A stretch of 64,000 nt of DNA from Negativicutes bacterium (lineage in GTDB: Bacteria > Bacillota > Negativicutes > UBA1444): the NCBI GenBank assembly GCA_963665275.2, contig CAXXIN010000016.1, positions 96,001 through 160,000 on the forward strand, read 5' to 3'. A model generated the notes under the pieces. It saw only the letters and a list, made by a program, of their open reading frames with translations. It was not told the DNA's origin and did not search any database. This document shows, piece by piece, positions 58,590-64,000 of this stretch; within the stretch, counting starts at the first letter, position 1; every line of letters begins with the position of its first letter. Position numbers and translations under genes: made by a program.

Positions 58590-59702
58590 ATGCAACGACT
58601 ACCTGTAGGAAAGCTGCAACCGGGGATGGTAACTGCCCGAAACGTTTATAATGATGATGGGCAAAAGCTTCTTTCCGCCAACATGATTATTACATGGTCA
58701 TTTATTCACCGATTGAACGAGATGAAAATACCGGCTGTCTATATCACCAATTCCTACATGACCGGGATTGAGGTAGATCCGATTGTTAACGAAGACGTTC
58801 GGATTAAAACAATACAAACCATAAAGAGTGTTTTCAGTTTGATGGACTCACATCGGCCGGATATCAACTACCGAGAAATTCAGGGGCTAGGGAAAAGCAT
58901 AGTGACCGAAGTACTGCGGAACAAGGATGCGCTGCTTCATCTCAATGAAATACGAACCTACGACAACTACACATTCGCTCATTCCGTCAACGTTTGCATC
59001 ATGGCCGTCCTGATCGCGGTGGGGATGAACTATAGCGAGAAACGTCTGCACGATCTAGCGATGGGTTCACTTCTGCACGATGCGGGAAAAATGCTGATTG
59101 ACTCAGCCATCCTGAACAAGCCGGGGCTTCTTACGGAAGAAGAAATGATAACGATGCAAGGACACCCGCAATTAGGTTTTGATTATTTACGGCAGTCAGG
59201 AAAAAGAATATCGGCGCCCGCCCTGCATGTTGCGTATCAGCACCATGAAAAATTTGACGGCAGTGGGTACCCTCGGGGTTTGAAAAAAGCCGAAATTCAT
59301 GAATATGCCCGTATTGTTGCGATAGCGGATGTCTACGATGCACTTATTTCCGACCGATCCTACAGATCTGCCATGCTGCCTCATGAAGCATACGAGATTC
59401 TTCTGGCATCGAGCAGTTTCCACTTCGATCCCGATATCTTGCCGCATTTTCTAGCCAAAATCGCCATATATCCCATCGGAACGCTAGTAAAACTGAATAA
59501 TGGAGATGTCGGTCTCGTTATCGACGTGCAACCGGGAATGACGAACCGTCCAACGGTGCGTTTAGTTATGGATAAGCATGCCAAACTGTATCCGAGTCAC
59601 ACTGATCTGGATTTGCGGGAACGTTTGACCATCTTCATCGAGCAGGTGATTCGTGACAAGACTGTATTTGACTTGACAGGGGGCAAAAGTATTTCACCCT
59701 GA
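58590..59702 (+). CDS. HD-GYP domain cyclic-di-nucleotide phosphodiesterase
   Basis: YTFAHSVNV, LLHDAGK, HHEKFDGSGYP, IADVYDAL, YPIG; SD GGAGAGG before ATG 58590. Confidence 0.92.
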   Translation: MQRLPVGKLQPGMVTARNVYNDDGQKLLSANMIITWSFIHRLNEMKIPAVYITNSYMTGIEVDPIVNEDVRIKTIQTIKSVFSLMDSHRPDINYREIQGLGKSIVTEVLRNKDALLHLNEIRTYDNYTFAHSVNVCIMAVLIAVGMNYSEKRLHDLAMGSLLHDAGKMLIDSAILNKPGLLTEEEMITMQGHPQLGFDYLRQSGKRISAPALHVAYQHHEKFDGSGYPRGLKKAEIHEYARIVAIADVYDALISDRSYRSAMLPHEAYEILLASSSFHFDPDILPHFLAKIAIYPIGTLVKLNNGDVGLVIDVQPGMTNRPTVRLVMDKHAKLYPSHTDLDLRERLTIFIEQVIRDKTVFDLTGGKSISP

Positions 59703-59741
59703 AGAATTTCACGGTGAAAATAGGCAATAATCAAACTGATG

Positions 59742-59790
59742 AAAAAACGGAGATCTGCCGCGATTTTTCGGTGGCAGGTCTCCGCCTTTT
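59742..59790. terminator. Rho-independent terminator
   Basis: CGGAGATCTGCC...GGCAGGTCTCCG-CCTTTT. Confidence 0.75.
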
Positions 59791-59957
59791 ATGGGTAAGG
59801 ATCTTTCCAACAGGAAATTGAACCCGTTATGCCGAAGAAATCAGTTATGCATTTCGTTGCCTGTTGTTGAATGGCAGAATGCTGACGGGCCATCCTGTGG
59901 AGGCCAATGCTTTGCATCAAATGCGGAAACCTGAAACGGAAGAGGTAAGGGAAATGA

Positions 59958-61196
59958 ATGGATAAATTAAATGGGATCGGGCCGCGAGCCCGCGAAATAT
60001 TAAAGTATATCGGGCCGGGAATTTTGGTTACCGTGGGGTTCATTGATCCAGGCAACTGGGCTTCCAATGTTGCCGCCGGCGCTTCCTATGGCTATTCGCT
60101 GTTGTGGATGGTGACGTTATCTACGCTGATGCTGATCATTCTGCAACATAACGCGGCGCATCTCGGCATTGTCAGCGGTCTTTGCATATCCGAAGCCGCA
60201 GAAAAATATCTTCCAGCCTGGTTTGCCAAACCGATTCTGCTCTCCGCCGTCGCCGCTGCTGTTGCCACTGCGCTGGCCGAGCTTCTTGGCGCAGCTATCG
60301 CTCTGAAAATGCTGTTCAATCTACCCATCAAAATCGGCACGCTGCTTACGGTGGCATTCGTCGGCTGGATGCTGTACAGCAACTCTTACCGGAGGCTGGA
60401 AAAATGGATCATTGGCTTCGTATCGCTGATCGGACTATCCTTTCTGTTTGAACTGAGCCTGGTGGATATTGCCTGGCCGCAGGCAGTCAGAGGTTGGCTT
60501 GTTCCCGTGATTCCGGAGGGTTCTCTGCCGATCGTCATGAGCGTGCTTGGGGCCGTGGTCATGCCGCACAATCTATTCCTTCACTCCGAAGTGATTCAAA
60601 GCCGGCACTGGAATCTGTCGGATGACAAAGTAATCCAGCGACAGCTGCGGTTTGAGTTTATGGATACACTTTTCTCCATGCTGATCGGGTGGGGGATTAA
60701 CAGCGCAATGATCCTGATCGCAGCCGCCACTTTCTTTAATGCCGGGTTGGAAGTGAGTGAGCTGGAGCAGGCTGCGCAGATGCTAGACCCTTTGCTGGGC
60801 AAAGCCGCGGCAGCCGTTTTTGCGCTGGCGCTGCTTTTTTCAGGACTGGCCTCGAGTGTTACAGCGGGGATGGCTGGTGGGTCGATTTTTGCCGGTGGAT
60901 TTGGCGAAGCCTATGATATCGATCGCGGGCATACTCGGCGAGGCGTTTTGCTGACTTTATGCGTGGCTGCCCTGCTGATCTTTTTCATTACAGATCCGTT
61001 CAAAGGCCTCGTATATTCACAGATGCTGCTCAGCATCCAGTTGCCGTGGACGATTTTTCTGCAAATCCGGCTGACCTCATCGACTGCGGTGATGGGAAAA
61101 TATGCGAATCGTACGAAAACGGCGATAACCCTATGGGCCATCGGCGCAATCGTTACTGGATTAAATGTGATGCTTCTGATCGAACTGTTGTCATGA
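59958..61196 (+). CDS. mntH: Nramp family Mn2+/Fe2+ transporter
   Basis: FIDPGNW and VMPHNLFLHS metal-binding motifs. Confidence 0.9.
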   Translation: MDKLNGIGPRAREILKYIGPGILVTVGFIDPGNWASNVAAGASYGYSLLWMVTLSTLMLIILQHNAAHLGIVSGLCISEAAEKYLPAWFAKPILLSAVAAAVATALAELLGAAIALKMLFNLPIKIGTLLTVAFVGWMLYSNSYRRLEKWIIGFVSLIGLSFLFELSLVDIAWPQAVRGWLVPVIPEGSLPIVMSVLGAVVMPHNLFLHSEVIQSRHWNLSDDKVIQRQLRFEFMDTLFSMLIGWGINSAMILIAAATFFNAGLEVSELEQAAQMLDPLLGKAAAAVFALALLFSGLASSVTAGMAGGSIFAGGFGEAYDIDRGHTRRGVLLTLCVAALLIFFITDPFKGLVYSQMLLSIQLPWTIFLQIRLTSSTAVMGKYANRTKTAITLWAIGAIVTGLNVMLLIELLS

Positions 61197-61251
61197 GCAA
61201 GCTGCGTTGGAAAGACTGGAAACAACCCGTCGGGGTGAGGTGAAGTTGAGC

Positions 61252-62442
61252 GTGCTGCGCTGGATTATCCACGTTGATATGGATGCCTTTTTTGCGGCGG
61301 TGGAACAGCGGGACCACCCCGAATACCAGGGGAAGCCCGTTATTGTTGGCGGACTTGGCAATCGGGGCGTGGTTTCGACTGCCTCCTATGAAGCTCGCCG
61401 TTTCGGCGTACATTCAGCTTTGCCGATGATTACGGCCCGACGGCTCTGTCCGCAGGGCATTTTTGTCGCCGGCGATCATCATAAATATGCGAGTATATCG
61501 CAGCAGATCATGGCGATCCTGAATGAATATTCCCCTCTGTTGGAGCAAGTTTCAGTAGATGAAGCTTTTTTGGATGTTACGGGCATGGAACTGCTGTATG
61601 CATCCCCGGTGGATATTGCCCGGGAAATCAAGCGCAGGGTAAAGGCTGAATTGGCCTTGACGATTTCGGCGGGTGTAGCTCCCAACAAATTCCTGGCTAA
61701 GATGGCGTCTGATCTGCAGAAACCAGACGGTTTGGTGGTAGTGGAACACGGACGAGAAAAGGAGTTTTTGCATAAGTTGCCGGTGGAAAAACTCTGGGGT
61801 GTCGGAGACGTAACTGCGAATTCTCTTCAAGCCAAGGGGATCAAGACGATTGGGCAATTGGCGCAGTTACAGGAAACGCAGTTGAAGAGCTTTTTTGGCC
61901 AAAATGCAGCCGTGATCCACGCACTCGCCCGGGGCTTTGATGACCGACCGTTGGTGCAGGAACGGGAAGCGAAATCTGTGGGGGCGGAAGAAACGTTCGA
62001 GACAGACCTGCGGGACGTTGACGCCATGCGGACTGTGCTGATGGGCCTCGCGGAGCGAGTGGGATGGCGGCTGCGACAAGAGCGGGTTGCGGGGCGCACC
62101 ATCACTCTCAAGCTGCGCTACGGCTCATTTCAGACGTTGACCCGTCGTCGCACACTGGCAGATCCGGTTCAGTCAGATGAAACGATTTACAGGGTTGCTG
62201 TCGAGCTATTGGAACAACAGAAGGAAATTGGATCTGGTGTGCGGCTGCTCGGAATCACCGTTTCGCAGCTGGCGCCGGAAGGCCCATTAGAAGTTTCTTT
62301 GTTTGAAAATGGAGAAGAAAAGGGACGGTTGTTGTCATCGGCCATGGACCGGATGCGTTTGAAGTTTGGTCCAACGGCTTTGATGCACGGACGGCTGGCA
62401 CTCCGAAAAGAAGGGAAGGATAAGAAACATGATCAATCGTGA
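61252..62442 (+). CDS. dinB: DNA polymerase IV
   Basis: IHVDMDAFFAAVE, SYEARRFG, SVDEAFLD, KFLAKMAS; start uncertain (61207-61252). Confidence 0.95.
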   Translation: MLRWIIHVDMDAFFAAVEQRDHPEYQGKPVIVGGLGNRGVVSTASYEARRFGVHSALPMITARRLCPQGIFVAGDHHKYASISQQIMAILNEYSPLLEQVSVDEAFLDVTGMELLYASPVDIAREIKRRVKAELALTISAGVAPNKFLAKMASDLQKPDGLVVVEHGREKEFLHKLPVEKLWGVGDVTANSLQAKGIKTIGQLAQLQETQLKSFFGQNAAVIHALARGFDDRPLVQEREAKSVGAEETFETDLRDVDAMRTVLMGLAERVGWRLRQERVAGRTITLKLRYGSFQTLTRRRTLADPVQSDETIYRVAVELLEQQKEIGSGVRLLGITVSQLAPEGPLEVSLFENGEEKGRLLSSAMDRMRLKFGPTALMHGRLALRKEGKDKKHDQS

Positions 62443-63550
62443 ACGAACACTGAAAGAATTCATGGAACTAGTGGCGATCACTTCGCCCAGCCGCGGTGAA
62501 AGAGAAATCGCCGATGTGTTGAAACAGAAGCTCGAGGCGGCAGGGATGCAGGTCGAAGAGGATGGCGTCGGAGAAAAAATCGGCGGCAATGCCGGCAATC
62601 TGATCGCGAAACTGCCCGGAAACGTAAAAGGCGCTCCCTGCATCATGTTGAGTGCGCACATGGATTCGGTGGAACCCTGCGCAGGGATTCGCCCTCAGCT
62701 GAAAGAGGGCGTCATTACTTCGTCCGGAGACACGATCCTTGGTTCTGACTGCAAGTCCGGCATCGTGCCGATTTTGGAGGCTTTGCGCCGGATACAGGAG
62801 GAGAAGCTGCCGCATGGTGAAGTGGTAGTCGTATTGACTGTTGCCGAAGAAGCCGGTCTGCACGGCGCCAAAAACATTGACCCGACAAAAATCCGGGCCG
62901 ACTTCGGATATGCGTTGGATGGCGGCGGAGCGCCAGGAGTGGTCACGACCATGGCGCCAGGGCAGAATCGCATTGAGATCGTCGTGCATGGTAAAACTGC
63001 GCATGCCGGACTGGCGCCTGAGGAAGGAATCAATGCCATTATCTTGGCCGGCAAATCGTTGGCGGTGATCCCGCAGGGTCGTATGGATTTTGAAACGACC
63101 TGCAATGTGGGGATTATCAAAGGCGGGGTTGCGACCAATATCGTACCGGACAAGGTGGAAATAACAGCAGAAGTCCGCAGCAGGAACATGGATAAATTGG
63201 AAAAGTTGACTCGCGAAATCACCGACGCATTTTCCCGCATTGTAGAGGGAGGCGGTGGAAAAACCGAGATTTCCGTGAAGAAAACATACGAGCCGTTTGT
63301 TTTGACAGAAGATTCGGCCGTCGTTGCCACGGCGGTTCGTGCAGCACGAACTTTGGGCCTGGAAACCCGGATCGAAGCAACGGGCGGAGGAAGTGACGTC
63401 AATTTTTTCAACCGCTACGGGATTCCCTCGGCGATTTTGGGAACGGGAATGTCCAAAGTTCATACCAAGGATGAATATATTTTGGAAGAACATTTGTATC
63501 TGACGGCAGAATGGACGCTGGCCCTGCTCGGAGAGGTTATTGAGAATTGA
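62429..63550 (+). CDS. M20 family peptidase (PepT-like tripeptidase)
   Basis: SAHMDSV, LGSDCKSG, VAEEAGL, GGGSD, VHT.DE. Confidence 0.9.
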   Translation: MINRERTLKEFMELVAITSPSRGEREIADVLKQKLEAAGMQVEEDGVGEKIGGNAGNLIAKLPGNVKGAPCIMLSAHMDSVEPCAGIRPQLKEGVITSSGDTILGSDCKSGIVPILEALRRIQEEKLPHGEVVVVLTVAEEAGLHGAKNIDPTKIRADFGYALDGGGAPGVVTTMAPGQNRIEIVVHGKTAHAGLAPEEGINAIILAGKSLAVIPQGRMDFETTCNVGIIKGGVATNIVPDKVEITAEVRSRNMDKLEKLTREITDAFSRIVEGGGGKTEISVKKTYEPFVLTEDSAVVATAVRAARTLGLETRIEATGGGSDVNFFNRYGIPSAILGTGMSKVHTKDEYILEEHLYLTAEWTLALLGEVIEN

Positions 63551-63623
63551 CAAAATAGTATGACAAATATAAAGCCTGGAGGTATAATATAAGTATAAGA
63601 AACATGGAAGGAGGTGCTAACTC

Positions 63624-64000
63624 ATGGCAATGGCTACCCTGTTGGATGTAGGCCAATTTGTGACTCCCGGGATGAGTGAGATTGTTCAAAAAACCGTCGA
63701 AAAGAAACATACAGGTTACAGTTACGGCGGTGGTGCGATGGAAGATTTGTTGGCGACGCCGGCTTATGTCGATTTGATGATGCGCGCAGCGATTCAGACC
63801 GTCGACCCTAAATTGCCCAAAGGGTATATCACGGTGGGCCGATCGATGGAGTTTACCCACGAAGCCCCCACAGGCACGGGCATGTCGGTCAGTATTCAGG
63901 CGAAGGTGACAGAAGTCAATGGAAATCGGATCATGTTTGAAATAATCGCAAGCGATGAACTCGGCGAGATTGGCAGTGGACGACATGAACGGGTGGTAGT
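63624..64000 (+). CDS. Hotdog-fold thioesterase, FlK-like (runs off window edge)
   Basis: SD GGAGGTG; manual translation ...LLATPAYVDLMMRAA...TVG....THEAPT..G....GEIGSGRHERVV. Confidence 0.75.
   Translation, partial: MAMATLLDVGQFVTPGMSEIVQKTVEKKHTGYSYGGGAMEDLLATPAYVDLMMRAAIQTVDPKLPKGYITVGRSMEFTHEAPTGTGMSVSIQAKVTEVNGNRIMFEIIASDELGEIGSGRHERVV

Noticed and set aside
59850-59957. Possible metal riboswitch (yybP-ykoY or NiCo) upstream of mntH
   Set aside because: Consensus elements not found
61193-61243. 16-codon ORF overlapping the mntH stop and the dinB start region
   Set aside because: No evidence beyond the overlaps; likely chance
62468-63553. 361-aa minus-strand ORF
   Set aside because: Exact antisense shadow of the M20 peptidase, with no recognisable motifs

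Overview
About 50% GC chromosomal DNA from an anaerobic Firmicute, probably Negativicutes (Sporomusa-like). This taxon call is inferred from the gene complement, T-box/M-box leaders, TRAP and CsgG-like proteins. Left to right: (1) a truncated hydroxyproline-dehydratase (HypD-type) glycyl radical enzyme with its activase and XRE-cupin regulator; (2) a soluble chemoreceptor, a secreted protein and an amidase-DUF5050 protein; (3) an M-box riboswitch driving an MgtE_N/CBS protein and an Nramp-related Mg transporter; (4) PFOR and a DUF2889-like protein; (5) a ~20 kb organophosphate-uptake region with five binding proteins, three AfuABC/FbpABC-type transporters, alkaline phosphatase, DeoC, PhoU, MgtC and a HAD phosphatase, whose three operons all begin with the same RNA attenuator motif (stem + AGAGA-NNN-AGAGAA loop overlapping a terminator); (6) a Leu T-box leuACDB operon extended by an ICL/PEP-mutase-family lyase and a TRAP transporter; (7) a transmembrane Ser/Thr phospho-signalling cluster (VWA-TM-FHA, trypsin-TM-FHA, two PP2C, Zn-ribbon-FHA, two Zn-ribbon kinases, CsgG-like), carrying four +1 homopolymer frameshifts and an IS3-family element inserted in its terminator; (8) a CCA-adding enzyme with a possible ATC start, an unannotated ~40-aa ORF behind an attenuator, a deacetylase, two tRNA-Ser, an HD-GYP protein, mntH, dinB, an M20 peptidase and a partial thioesterase. 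I saw no CRISPR array or rRNA. All family calls are from motif recognition, not database searches.
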